Below, piece after piece: positions 32,458 to 42,172 of a DNA stretch of 64,000 nt. The notes beneath the pieces are model-generated. The model was not told the origin of the DNA. It made no database searches and saw nothing but the letters and a program-made list of their open reading frames with translations. The position numbers and the translations under genes are program-made. Each line of letters begins with the position of its first letter. Position 1 is the stretch's first letter. Source of the DNA: Candidatus Omnitrophota bacterium (lineage in GTDB: Bacteria > Omnitrophota > Gorgyraeia > B26-G9); assembly GCA_018817585.1 (NCBI GenBank), contig JAHITE010000123.1:1280-65279 (forward strand). Reading direction: 5' to 3'.

Positions 32458-32487
32458 AGTGTCAGATACTGCAGTGTCAGATACTGC
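32458..32487. repeat. Perfect 15-bp tandem duplication
   Basis: AGTGTCAGATACTGC x2, 3 nt past the acyP stop. Confidence 0.9.
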
Positions 32488-32490
32488 ACC

Positions 32491-32766
32491 TTAAAAAGTT
32501 ATTTCAAAACCCTTAAAATCATTTCCAGCCTTATCCCAGGAAATTTGCTTATCCCGGACATACTGACTCAAAACCGCATCGATTTTTGCTAAAAAATCCA
32601 GAAGAGTTTGTTGTTTTGCTTCAGCAATTAATTCCACCCTTCCGTCAGCCAGGTTTCGCACTAAGCCCAGAACCGCGAACTCAGTAGCAATATTTCTTAC
32701 CTGATAACGAAAACCCACTCCCTGAACCATTCCTGAATAATAAACATGTATTTGTTTTGATCTCAT
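32491..32766 (-). CDS. acyP: Acylphosphatase
   Basis: GMVQGVGFR, VRNLADGRVE. Confidence 0.93.
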   Translation of the reverse strand: MRSKQIHVYYSGMVQGVGFRYQVRNIATEFAVLGLVRNLADGRVELIAEAKQQTLLDFLAKIDAVLSQYVRDKQISWDKAGNDFKGFEITF

Positions 32767-32891
32767 TATACCTTCTTTTCAACTTTGATTTATCAATTAT
32801 TTTAACAAATTAACCGCAAACACGTCAAGGGAACTTTATTTGCTTTACTAAAACTAATGATTTAGTGTAAAATAATTTAAAAGGATTTAAG

Positions 32892-33836
32892 ATGATAAAG
32901 AAAAATATATTTTCTATTGGTTTAGACAGTCAAACAATCGAATCGCTTTATGCTTATTTAGCTGATGGTTTTGATTTTATTCTTATTGAGACAGCCGAAG
33001 ACTTGATGAGTAAAATTAAAAAATACAAAGTAAGTTTAATGTTTTTAAACAATCATTTACCTGACTTTGATAACTGCCAAGAGCTGTGCATTGCTCTGCG
33101 TTCTCAGCCAAACACAGAAACAGTGCCTTTAATTGTCCTGACCAATGACCAGCCGGAATCACTTCAAAAAGAAAAAATCTCGCTGTTTCAAGCCGGGTTG
33201 ATTGACGGTTATTTTTCCATGCCCTTGAATGCTGAAGAAGTAACCGCGTACTCAAATGTTTTTCTACAGCGCCAGGCTTTACAAGAAGAACTGGAAGAAA
33301 CAAATAAACTGCTGTCCCAAATTTCTACCACTGATGAATTAATGCAAATTTATAACCGCCGCTATTTAATCCATCGCTTAGAAGATGAGCTGCTCAGAAT
33401 AAAACGCTATAATTATCCGCTTTCGGCAATTATGATTGATTTAGATTATTTTAAAAAGATAAATGACCAGTATGGGCACGCCCAGGGGGACAAAGCACTC
33501 AAAGGATTAGCGCTTTTTTTAAAGCAAAACATTCGGGCAATGGATATTCTTTGCCGCTATGGAGGCGAAGAAATTGTGATTCTCCTGCCCCACACCAATG
33601 CCAAAGGCGCTTCGCTGACTGCGGAACGCCTTCGTAGCCACATCAAGGCGCATAATTTTGGAGATAGCGACAATCCGCTCTGCTTTACTGTAAGTATTGG
33701 CCTGGTTACTTTTGACAGACAAGATGACCTCAATGTCGACAAAGTTATCAGCGCTCTTGATATCCAGCTTTATAAAGCCAAAAATAGCGGCCGAAATAAG
33801 GTTTGTGAAGTTCTATACAAAGACACTATCTTGTAA
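32892..33836 (+). CDS. REC-like + GGDEF diguanylate cyclase
   Basis: DELMQIYNRR, DLDYFKKINDQYGHAQGD, RAMD I-site, RYGGEEI, AKNSGRN; receiver domain degenerate. Confidence 0.92.
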   Translation: MIKKNIFSIGLDSQTIESLYAYLADGFDFILIETAEDLMSKIKKYKVSLMFLNNHLPDFDNCQELCIALRSQPNTETVPLIVLTNDQPESLQKEKISLFQAGLIDGYFSMPLNAEEVTAYSNVFLQRQALQEELEETNKLLSQISTTDELMQIYNRRYLIHRLEDELLRIKRYNYPLSAIMIDLDYFKKINDQYGHAQGDKALKGLALFLKQNIRAMDILCRYGGEEIVILLPHTNAKGASLTAERLRSHIKAHNFGDSDNPLCFTVSIGLVTFDRQDDLNVDKVISALDIQLYKAKNSGRNKVCEVLYKDTIL

Positions 33837-34038
33837 ACCCTAATTGATCCCTATTAAATCAGATACAAGTCACCAGGGTTATGGTTATGGTAACGATGCC
33901 CGTTTCGTTTTAGGGCAACGTCTATCGGCTTAAAATTTTTAACCGTGACCGTTAAGCGTTACAGATACGGGCTTCGTCACCAACTACCCTTTACCCGTTC
34001 TTTTTCTATATTCGGTTCTCTGTCTTCCTAAGCGTAAT

Positions 34039-34338
34039 TCACATCCCTGGAATTTTAAGATCACCCATAACTGACTTTAATTGTTCAGCAGCAACCTTCT
34101 GGACTTTATCTGACGCCGCGTTAATGCCGTTAACCAGTTCTTTTTCCAAGCGCTCCTTTTTATCCGCGACAAGCAAAGCCTCATTAATCACTACTGCGAT
34201 TACTCTTTGAGTTCCGCTCATTGTAATTTTAATTTGGCCTTGAGCTGTTTCATGATCAATAATAACTTTTTCCAAACCTTTTTTAATATCATTCATCTTT
34301 TTCTGTGCTTCAAAAATATTTTTTAATTTACCCAGCAT
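34039..34338 (-). CDS. YbaB/EbfC nucleoid-associated protein
   Basis: AQKKM..IKITMSGTQRVIAVVI..LE..LVNGINAA..LKIPGM; GAGG RBS before ATG 34338. Confidence 0.85.
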   Translation of the reverse strand: MLGKLKNIFEAQKKMNDIKKGLEKVIIDHETAQGQIKITMSGTQRVIAVVINEALLVADKKERLEKELVNGINAASDKVQKVAAEQLKSVMGDLKIPGM

Positions 34339-34506
34339 TACCGCCTCCTTATTGGTTGTTTCGCGTTTACGCGTTCTGTTTTTCACTTTATAACTTTACA
34401 AACTTTCTACTATGTACTTCTGCCTTGAAGTTAGTATCATAATACATTTTGAAATATTTTTCAATTATTTATTGTCAATAAAAAAACCCTATGTTAACAT
34501 ATTAAT

Positions 34507-35544
34507 ATGAAACAAAATTTAAAAATCTTAATCAATCAGCAATTACGCTCTTTTATCCTGGCCCGATTAAAAAACTATAAACTTAATCGGATCAACAGCG
34601 TCCTGGATAAAAGCATTAAAGAATTTATTTTTCGCGATGGTAAAAGAGTCAGGCCGATATTTTTTCTTTTAGCCTACAGCGGTTATTCCCGCAAGAAACA
34701 ACTGAGCGATGATCTAATTCAAACTTCCTTAGCCTTTGAGTTATTGCATGACTTCCTTTTGGTACATGATGATATTATTGATAATGCTGATACCCGCCGC
34801 GGCAAACCAACCATGCACCGAATGCTTCAAAAAGCCCTGAAACAGCCGGAAAAAATCGGAAAAGATTTAAGCATTATTGTCGGAGATATCATTTATGCTT
34901 TAGCCCTTGAAGCCTTTCTTATGGCAAAAGCTATTCAGACAAATAAAGAAGCTGCTTTACATATCTTTCTCAGTTCCACCATCCTGACCGGAGCTGGAGA
35001 GTTTATTGATGTTCTCAATGGCTTAAGTCCAATCACCAAAGTAGGCTTAAAGCATATCCGAATGAATTATTTATTAAAAACTGCTGAATACACATTTAAA
35101 TCACCGTTGGCCTGTGGTTGCGTGCTGGCCGGAGCACCGAGAACCGAAGTAAAAAAACTGCTCCAGCTCGGTGAATTTCTTGGTGAGGGTTTCCAGATAA
35201 ACGATGATTTAATCGGAATTTTCAGCCAAAGCAAAAAAATCGGAAAATCTGTTTTAAGTGATATTATTGAAGCAAAAAAAACTCTCCCCTTATTCTTAGC
35301 TTATAAAAAAGCCTCTTTATCTGATAAAGCTTTTATTAATAAATCTTTGGGTAATACAAATCTTAAATACTCGGATCTGCAGAAAATCCGAAAAATAATT
35401 ATTGATACTGGCGCTTACGCGCGGACAAAACAAGCAATAAACAAACTAATCGAAAAATCAGAAACATTAATTGACTCTTTAAAAATGCATACAAGTCAAA
35501 AACAATTGTTTAAAAATTACATTCTTTCCTTTATTAAAAACTAG
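34507..35544 (+). CDS. Polyprenyl diphosphate synthase (GGPP synthase-like)
   Basis: GKRVRP, LVHDDIIDNADTRRG, KTAEY, FQINDD. Confidence 0.92.
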   Translation: MKQNLKILINQQLRSFILARLKNYKLNRINSVLDKSIKEFIFRDGKRVRPIFFLLAYSGYSRKKQLSDDLIQTSLAFELLHDFLLVHDDIIDNADTRRGKPTMHRMLQKALKQPEKIGKDLSIIVGDIIYALALEAFLMAKAIQTNKEAALHIFLSSTILTGAGEFIDVLNGLSPITKVGLKHIRMNYLLKTAEYTFKSPLACGCVLAGAPRTEVKKLLQLGEFLGEGFQINDDLIGIFSQSKKIGKSVLSDIIEAKKTLPLFLAYKKASLSDKAFINKSLGNTNLKYSDLQKIRKIIIDTGAYARTKQAINKLIEKSETLIDSLKMHTSQKQLFKNYILSFIKN

Positions 35545-35552
35545 GTTTACTT

Positions 35553-36392
35553 ATGAAAACTATCACAATCACAAAAAGCGCGGGATTTTGCTTTGGAGTT
35601 CGCCGGGCATTACAATTAGCCGAGCAAACAGCCAGCGCTAATAAAAAAGTCTACATGCTCGGAGAAATTGTCCACAATCCCCGGGTTGTCAATGACATTA
35701 AAAAAACCGGGGTTATTAAAATTAATGAACTGCGCCCGCAGCACAACGGTATTCTTCTAATCCGGGCGCATGGAGCGCCAAGGGAAACTTATAAAAAAGC
35801 GGAAAAGCTGGGATATACAATCATTGATGCTACCTGCCCGATGGTAAAAGAAATCCATTCCATTGCCCGGGAATACGAACAGAAAAAGTTCAAGATTATT
35901 ATTATTGGCGATAAAAAACACGATGAAGTTATCGGAATTAAAGGTAATTTAGAAACCGAACCAATCATTATTGCCAAAAAAAAGGAAATCACGCCAAAAG
36001 CATTTTACCGGGTTAGCAAAGCAGCCGTGGTTGTTCAATCAACCCAGAATATTGACAAAGTATTAGATATTGTGGAGAAGCTGGAAAAACACATTAAAAA
36101 AGTAGTATTCTGCAATACTATTTGTCTGCCCACCCGCTTAAAACAGCAAGAAATTCAGGAGCTTCCGGCAACACAGGATATGATGATTATTATTGGCGCA
36201 AAAAGCAGCGCGAATACCAAACGTTTGTATGAATTATCCAAAAAAATAAATCCTAATACTTATTGGGTAAATTCAAAAACTGATATTCGAAAAAGCTGGT
36301 TTAAAAACAAACAAAAAATCGGAATTGGCGCCGGCGCCTCAACTCCCGAATACATTATTAAAGAAATTGCTTCTTATATCCGCTCAATTTGA
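35553..36392 (+). CDS. ispH: 4-hydroxy-3-methylbut-2-enyl diphosphate reductase
   Basis: GFCFGV, IVHN, RAHG, DATCPMV, NTIC, SANT, AGASTP. Confidence 0.95.
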   Translation: MKTITITKSAGFCFGVRRALQLAEQTASANKKVYMLGEIVHNPRVVNDIKKTGVIKINELRPQHNGILLIRAHGAPRETYKKAEKLGYTIIDATCPMVKEIHSIAREYEQKKFKIIIIGDKKHDEVIGIKGNLETEPIIIAKKKEITPKAFYRVSKAAVVVQSTQNIDKVLDIVEKLEKHIKKVVFCNTICLPTRLKQQEIQELPATQDMMIIIGAKSSANTKRLYELSKKINPNTYWVNSKTDIRKSWFKNKQKIGIGAGASTPEYIIKEIASYIRSI

Positions 36393-36399
36393 ATAATAA

Positions 36400-36801
36400 T
36401 ATCACAAGGTCACAATGACACCAGGTCACAAGAGATAAGTTATTAGTTGTTTGACTTGGCAAAAACACATCTTTTCGCTAAGCCTGAGTCTGCATCGTGC
36501 AGGCCCAGCCGCGCGTTCTCACTATTTTGACATCCCTGTCAAAATTACGCTCGAAAGCGCCGCTCAAAGAGAATTTTTGCCAATGCGTCCTTCGTCCTAG
36601 CGTAGCGATCGTCTTTCATCATTCGGTCTTCCGCAATACGCGATACTCACGACGCAATACAGAAACATAGGTTTAATTTTTTTTAGAGTTTATATTTTTG
36701 GATTTATTTAGGATTTAGAGTTTAGAGTTTTTTAAAAAAAGTGTCAACTATTTTATGTAGCTTTTAACTTGTGTCCTTGTGACTTGTGTCTTTGTGACCT
36801 T
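36400..36801. repeat. Composite palindromic/short-repeat element between convergent genes
   Basis: (G[T/A]CACAAG)-like arrays in inverted orientation at both ends; inner TTGGCAAAAA...TTTTTGCCAA stem enclosing TTTTGACA-TCCC-TGTCAAAA hairpin. Confidence 0.6.
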
Positions 36802-37219
36802 ATACAAGGATGCCTCTGATTTTTTCAGTAATCGCCGCGACTTCGGATTCAGGATAGGCTTCTTTTTGCTGATTGCCCCAAACAACATTCGGCCAGCAAT
36901 AATCAGTGGGATTGCGCCCGACAATATGGATATGCATTTGACTGACAATATTCCCAATTGCCGCCACATTCAGTTTGCTTACTTGCGGATAAGCTGATTT
37001 AACAAAATTCGATATTAGATTTATTTCATTTAAAAGTACGGTTTGCTGATTTTGATTTAACTCACAGAGCTCTTTGCTATCAGTTTGCGGAACCAGAATA
37101 AACCAAGGCACAAGCTGATTATTCATCAATAATAAGACGCTCAAATCCAGTTTTCCCAAAACAAAACAGTCAGCAGCCAACCTCGGGTCTAAAATAAAAT
37201 TATTTAGCTTTAAATCCAT
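36800..37219 (-). CDS. HIT family protein
   Basis: LDPRLAAD, PWFILVP, KLNVAAIGNIVSQMHIHIVGR..DYCWP..VWG. Confidence 0.9.
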   Translation of the reverse strand: MDLKLNNFILDPRLAADCFVLGKLDLSVLLLMNNQLVPWFILVPQTDSKELCELNQNQQTVLLNEINLISNFVKSAYPQVSKLNVAAIGNIVSQMHIHIVGRNPTDYCWPNVVWGNQQKEAYPESEVAAITEKIRGILV

Positions 37220-37233
37220 ATTCTCCGCGCTTT

Positions 37234-37452
37234 CTAAATAATAACTTTGAATTTTTTATTTTCAAATTCAATAATATCGCCGGTAACAATTTTTTTGGCT
37301 TTACGGGTTTCTATCTGATTATTAACCTTAACATGCCCCTGCGATATTTCCAATTTAGCATGACCGCCGCTTTGCACCAAATCATGCAGTTTAAGGATCT
37401 TACATAATTCACAAGGCTGATGCGCTAATTTGATGGTTTTATATTCTTCCAT
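37234..37452 (-). CDS. S4 domain RNA-binding protein (YaaA/YbcJ)
   Basis: ELCKILK..SGGHAK..I..G.VKVN..ETRKAKKI..GD. Confidence 0.9.
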   Translation of the reverse strand: MEEYKTIKLAHQPCELCKILKLHDLVQSGGHAKLEISQGHVKVNNQIETRKAKKIVTGDIIEFENKKFKVII

Positions 37453-37551
37453 ATTCCCTCTTTGATTTTCAATCATTTATATCTTTTAAAAAAAAGGGAA
37501 GCGTTAAAGCGTCCCTTTAAAAACAATAAATCAAATTAATTCTGATTAATT

Positions 37552-40500
37552 TTAGCCCAACTGGACATCGATCCTGCTGATCTTACCGTCTCTGAGCATT
37601 TGCGCGTATTCACTATCCAGCACACTGCTTTCCACATTTACCCGATTGCCATTATCCAAAGCAATCCGCATTGATAAAGGCTTTACTCCGCCTTTACCAT
37701 AAGTATTTTTATTCTTAGGATTATGATAAATAACTAAAGTCGAATTTAAGAATTTAAAAGCATATGAGTTTTTCGGCAAATCAATAATCACATGCTTATC
37801 CTTGCCCAAGCAATACTCAAAAACTGCTTCTTCCTGAGTAAACATCCACGCTGGCAAAGCTGGCTCAAACCGCGCGATCAAGCCCTTGTTTTCATTTAAG
37901 CGAAAAGGATTTTGCCCAACATTCATCCACAACCACATGGTAATAAACTCAGCAGTAGAACCGCTTAGGCGGGCCACAAATCCATTACCGTGCAGGGTTT
38001 TATCAGGAAAAGCACTGCTAACCAGAAATGAGGAGTTTTCCAAAATACTTCGGCCGTATCTTTCCGCCGGCTGGAATGGTATCAGCACGTTTTTAAACTC
38101 AGTAAAAAACTCTTCATATAAACCATTGCGTAATAATTCCAAGATGAACTTATATTCCATATGCAGCCAGATTGACTCATTTTCCAACCATCCGGGAGTA
38201 AATACTCTGGCGCGACCAATATCTTTAGTCACTTTTTCCAAAGAAGCATTTACTTTAAACATTTTCAATGGTTTATCATACAAAGCGCTCTTTCGGGTAT
38301 TAGCATAAAGCGCTTTTACTTTTTTAGCATCCTGAACGCATCTTAAAGCATGAACCTGCGCTTCTAAAAACAAGGGCAAGGGTTTTTGTTTAAACTGTTT
38401 TGGCTGCACGCAGAAAAGACCATCTTTGCTTTTTTTAAATCCATCGCGGGTTTTAATTTTATTAAATTTAGTTACTTCATTTATAAAATAAGTATGATAT
38501 AAACCGGTTTTTTTATCTTTAGAATTAGCCAGGCTTATTTCCAGCTTTGCTGACATCTTCATTAAAATTGCTTTAATTTCTTTAATTTTCAAATCAACTA
38601 ATTTGCCATTAATTCCTCGGGAGATTTGTTTACGGTAAGTTTCTTTAAGCGCGTAAGACTTATCCCAATAAAGCATTTCCCGACTCTTGGTCTTGCTCTT
38701 AAGATAATTATTAACTAATCCCACAAGCCCTTGAATAAAATCATCCAATTCTTTCGGAACACTGACCAGTAAATCAGATTCGAGTTTCAGCTGCTCTATA
38801 CAGTTTAAAATAAAATCAATCAACCGCTTAAGCTCAAAGGTTTCGCATACCGATGAACCAAACAATCCGGGCAGACCATTTAAAGCATCATACCAACCCG
38901 GCTTATTCGCTTCCATTTCAATTCCACAGCCAAAAGCATCCAAAGATGCCATTTTATTAGTCAGCAGACAAAGCATTTTACTCAGTAATGTGGTTTTATA
39001 AATACTGCCGTTTCCCTGCTCAGTTCTAATTGCCCAATCATCACTGTTTTTCGCTCGGCAAAATTCAGATTCATCTTTAACGCCGTCTAAACCAACCGCG
39101 TGATACTGCCGAACCATATCATTATAAAGAATATATTTTTCATCACGGTTTTTAACTTTCACACAGTTATTAAAATAAACAAATTGTTTTTTATTCAACA
39201 GAATATCACTGAGTCTTTCCGGATAAATTGCCAGATAAGACTCCAAAGCATCCAGATTATAAGTCCAATGATCAACCCAGAATCCTTCACCGTGTTCCGC
39301 GTTTTGCTGACGTTTGCAGCTGGAAAGCAATTCAGTAAGAAATTTTTCTTTGCTTACCTTTAAATTAATCCCATTAATCTCTAAAAATATAAATAAATCG
39401 CCCAAAGCAAATTGTTTTTTAATAAACTTTTCTACTCTTAGCGCGTCGCTTTTCTTTTCCAGCACTACTTTGATATTTTTAAATGACTGATTGTCTTTAA
39501 GCTTAAATCTATCACCATAAACAACCAGAGGATTAAACCCATCCAGCTGAATAAGATTAAAAAAAACAATTATATTGGCATCCTGAACCATAGGATTAAA
39601 CCAAACATCATCCCGCCGATTCTGATTAACATCCCGGTAATTTCCATTTCCCTGCGACAAATATGTCGGCTCTATTAAGAAATTATTATAATCCCGCTCC
39701 AGATCCCCATGCTTACGGGAATAAACATGATAAACATGTGATTTCTCCTTACCCTCCAGAGTTATTGCCAATCCGCCTCTTAAAACATTGTCCAGATATG
39801 TTTGCTTACAATAAAGATCATATGTCGAATTTCCGCTCTTAGTAAAAATATTACTCTGAACTTTGGCGACTTCTTGCTTATATTCACAAGCTTTATTGAT
39901 TAAAAAATCATTATTATTTGCTTTAGCGATCAATGCCTGCAATTGCGCTTCTTCCCGGGCATAGCCGATCAAGCTGGTAATTGTCACTTCTTCCTGCGGC
40001 TTTAAAACCAGATCAATATAACTAAACGCCGAAGGAGTTTTGCTGGAAGTTATCTGCTCCTGTGGTACTTTAAAGTTTTTTTGACAGAAAAAACGCGGAT
40101 ACTGAAAGGTTTTATTTTGACCAAATACCACATCCGGATCAACAATAAACTCAGTTTTCTTATTAGAATTATTAGTATTGGCGTAACTATAATAGAAATT
40201 TCCACCTTTTATATACAGGACTTGCGGACTGTCCGAAGGATCAACCGCCAATTTATAAAACGGTGCTTTAAATTTTGTCACAAACTCTACCTGCATCCAG
40301 GCTTCAATTGTCCTGCCAATATCTTTTAAAAAACGGTCATTGGCGCCGCAAGGAATCACCTGCGCTAATCCATCGATAATTTCCAAAGATTTAGGCTTAT
40401 TTGAAATATTTTTTATGGTTAAATTACGCACCAGACAGCCCAGAGGCTCATTGGACATAGTAAAATATTTTGCTTCGATTTTTAAACCAATTGTCCGATT

Positions 40501-40899
40501 ATCTTCCTGAACACTGAAATCTTCCGGACTGATAAACATCTTGCGTTCTAAGAGAGTTTGCTGATTTTGCAGCTGATTACGAAAAGGTTCATAACAGGAA
40601 TTTTCTTTATCATTTATGCTTTTAATAAATGTTCTAAAACCGCGTCGGGAAGCAAACTGCCAGGCTTTATTCGCCGGAAAAAACTCAAGAATCGCGTTTT
40701 TCTTACTTTCCACGCCAAAACTGGCAATACCTTGACCGCGATTCACATAAAAAACCCACATCGGAATACCAAATAAGCCCGCAATCCCTGGAAAGAAACT
40801 TGCAAACGGTTTAGCCAAGTCATAATTGGTAATTACAAATTTTCCGTCATCCTGCAAATAGTATTCGACATTACGATCTTTCTTCACGCTTGCTCCCAT
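37552..40899 (-). CDS. Large glycoside phosphorylase (GH94-like clan; resembles GH161 beta-1,3-glucan phosphorylase)
   Basis: PFASFFPGIAG..GIPMWVFYVNRGQ, YSRKHGDLERDYN, SQGNGNYRDVNQNRR, GEGFWVDHWTY, KPGWYDALNGLPG, PGWLENESIWLHMEYK, ARLSGSTAEF. Confidence 0.75.
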   Translation of the reverse strand: MGASVKKDRNVEYYLQDDGKFVITNYDLAKPFASFFPGIAGLFGIPMWVFYVNRGQGIASFGVESKKNAILEFFPANKAWQFASRRGFRTFIKSINDKENSCYEPFRNQLQNQQTLLERKMFISPEDFSVQEDNRTIGLKIEAKYFTMSNEPLGCLVRNLTIKNISNKPKSLEIIDGLAQVIPCGANDRFLKDIGRTIEAWMQVEFVTKFKAPFYKLAVDPSDSPQVLYIKGGNFYYSYANTNNSNKKTEFIVDPDVVFGQNKTFQYPRFFCQKNFKVPQEQITSSKTPSAFSYIDLVLKPQEEVTITSLIGYAREEAQLQALIAKANNNDFLINKACEYKQEVAKVQSNIFTKSGNSTYDLYCKQTYLDNVLRGGLAITLEGKEKSHVYHVYSRKHGDLERDYNNFLIEPTYLSQGNGNYRDVNQNRRDDVWFNPMVQDANIIVFFNLIQLDGFNPLVVYGDRFKLKDNQSFKNIKVVLEKKSDALRVEKFIKKQFALGDLFIFLEINGINLKVSKEKFLTELLSSCKRQQNAEHGEGFWVDHWTYNLDALESYLAIYPERLSDILLNKKQFVYFNNCVKVKNRDEKYILYNDMVRQYHAVGLDGVKDESEFCRAKNSDDWAIRTEQGNGSIYKTTLLSKMLCLLTNKMASLDAFGCGIEMEANKPGWYDALNGLPGLFGSSVCETFELKRLIDFILNCIEQLKLESDLLVSVPKELDDFIQGLVGLVNNYLKSKTKSREMLYWDKSYALKETYRKQISRGINGKLVDLKIKEIKAILMKMSAKLEISLANSKDKKTGLYHTYFINEVTKFNKIKTRDGFKKSKDGLFCVQPKQFKQKPLPLFLEAQVHALRCVQDAKKVKALYANTRKSALYDKPLKMFKVNASLEKVTKDIGRARVFTPGWLENESIWLHMEYKFILELLRNGLYEEFFTEFKNVLIPFQPAERYGRSILENSSFLVSSAFPDKTLHGNGFVARLSGSTAEFITMWLWMNVGQNPFRLNENKGLIARFEPALPAWMFTQEEAVFEYCLGKDKHVIIDLPKNSYAFKFLNSTLVIYHNPKNKNTYGKGGVKPLSMRIALDNGNRVNVESSVLDSEYAQMLRDGKISRIDVQLG

Positions 40900-41051
40900 C
40901 CTGTTTTAAATTTTCAGTTTTCAGTCCCGGAAAGTATTTTTTTACCATGAAAATGATTTTTGTAAAGCCAATTAAGAACTTAAGCTACCAGATATTAAGC
41001 GGATGCCCAGACTATTAAACTGGATATAAAGCAGGTTTATTATACTTTTAG

Positions 41052-41402
41052 TCATGGATTCTGCACTTTTAAAAAATTTTCTAAGTACGCTTTGTCCTGT
41101 TTATCCATATAAGTAACTTCAACACCCGCCAGATAAGTTGTTTTCCCCGAAACAGGATCAATGCTTTTTTCTCCAATCCATCTAACATTGCCTTCTGCTA
41201 CTGTCATATCCGGATTATTCGGTACATCAATATTAAGTTCAAGATTATCATTTAAATTTAAGCTTGAAGACGAAGTAATCTTTACGCCCTCCAAACTAAT
41301 ATCCTGAGTAAAAGCTTCATGTTTTTGTTCCGGCTGGCCTTCAAAGTTAAATCTAATAAAAACCGATGATAAAGCTCTTTGGGCTTGGCGTCTTTCTTTC
41401 AT
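41052..41402 (-). CDS. PilZ domain protein
   Basis: ERRQAQR and DISLEG motifs. Confidence 0.85.
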   Translation of the reverse strand: MKERRQAQRALSSVFIRFNFEGQPEQKHEAFTQDISLEGVKITSSSSLNLNDNLELNIDVPNNPDMTVAEGNVRWIGEKSIDPVSGKTTYLAGVEVTYMDKQDKAYLENFLKVQNP

Positions 41403-41545
41403 AACATTCTCCTTGTCTAACCATAGATTATAAAACCATATAAAAACTCAAGTTTTACATCATTTTATTTTCAGATATATTCTACCATCACTCTGACATT
41501 TTATCAAGAAAAAGAGAAATTAAATAAATTAGCGATATTCTTTTA

Positions 41546-41920
41546 TTAATGCCCACATCCGCCGCCATGACCAGCACAGCCATGTTCTGCTTTTAATTCT
41601 GTTTGTTTCTTATCTGTAAATAAATCTATATTAAACTTCACAGTCCCTTGCCGCGCTCGATAAACCTTAACTCCCTTACTGTTTAATTTATTAATCGCTC
41701 CCGCACCGATACCGCCGACCACAATCGCATCCACAGTCTTTCCATCTAAGGCTTTCAGCGGATTACACATACCATGGTCATGACCTAAGTCTTGATTATC
41801 TACAGTTTCCAATGCTTTTGTTTGTGTGTCAAAAACCAAAAAAGCCGGAGCTAAACCAAAATGACCAAACACCTGACTATCTAATCCCTTATCCTCTTCC
41901 ACCGAAAAACATATTTTCAT
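41546..41920 (-). CDS. NifB/NifX (FeMo-cofactor-binding-like) family protein
   Basis: HFGLAPAF, VGGIGAGA, His/Cys-rich tail HGCAGHGGGCGH. Confidence 0.85.
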   Translation of the reverse strand: MKICFSVEEDKGLDSQVFGHFGLAPAFLVFDTQTKALETVDNQDLGHDHGMCNPLKALDGKTVDAIVVGGIGAGAINKLNSKGVKVYRARQGTVKFNIDLFTDKKQTELKAEHGCAGHGGGCGH

Positions 41921-42172
41921 CGCGTTTCTCCCATCTGTTTTAGTTTATTGAGTTTTAAAACGGTTAAGACATAAACCTATTCATTTAATCATGCGCGGTT
42001 ATTATAACATAAAAAATCATTTAAATTAAATATGCTCCGCTGGTTTATATTTATCCTGATTTTTTCTGTTTATTTATGCTCTGGATATTTTTCCTTTACC
42101 ACTACTGCGCCTTTGGATACAGACATGCGGGTTTTATTGTTCTGAAAAATAAAAGACTCTTTACAGTACAGA

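Noticed and set aside
36400-36801. Possible CRISPR array
   Set aside because: Repeats are 7-8 bp degenerate units without unique spacers; no cas genes
41546-41920. Nitrogen fixation inferred from NifB/NifX-family gene
   Set aside because: The family is widespread in non-diazotrophs; no nif genes nearby
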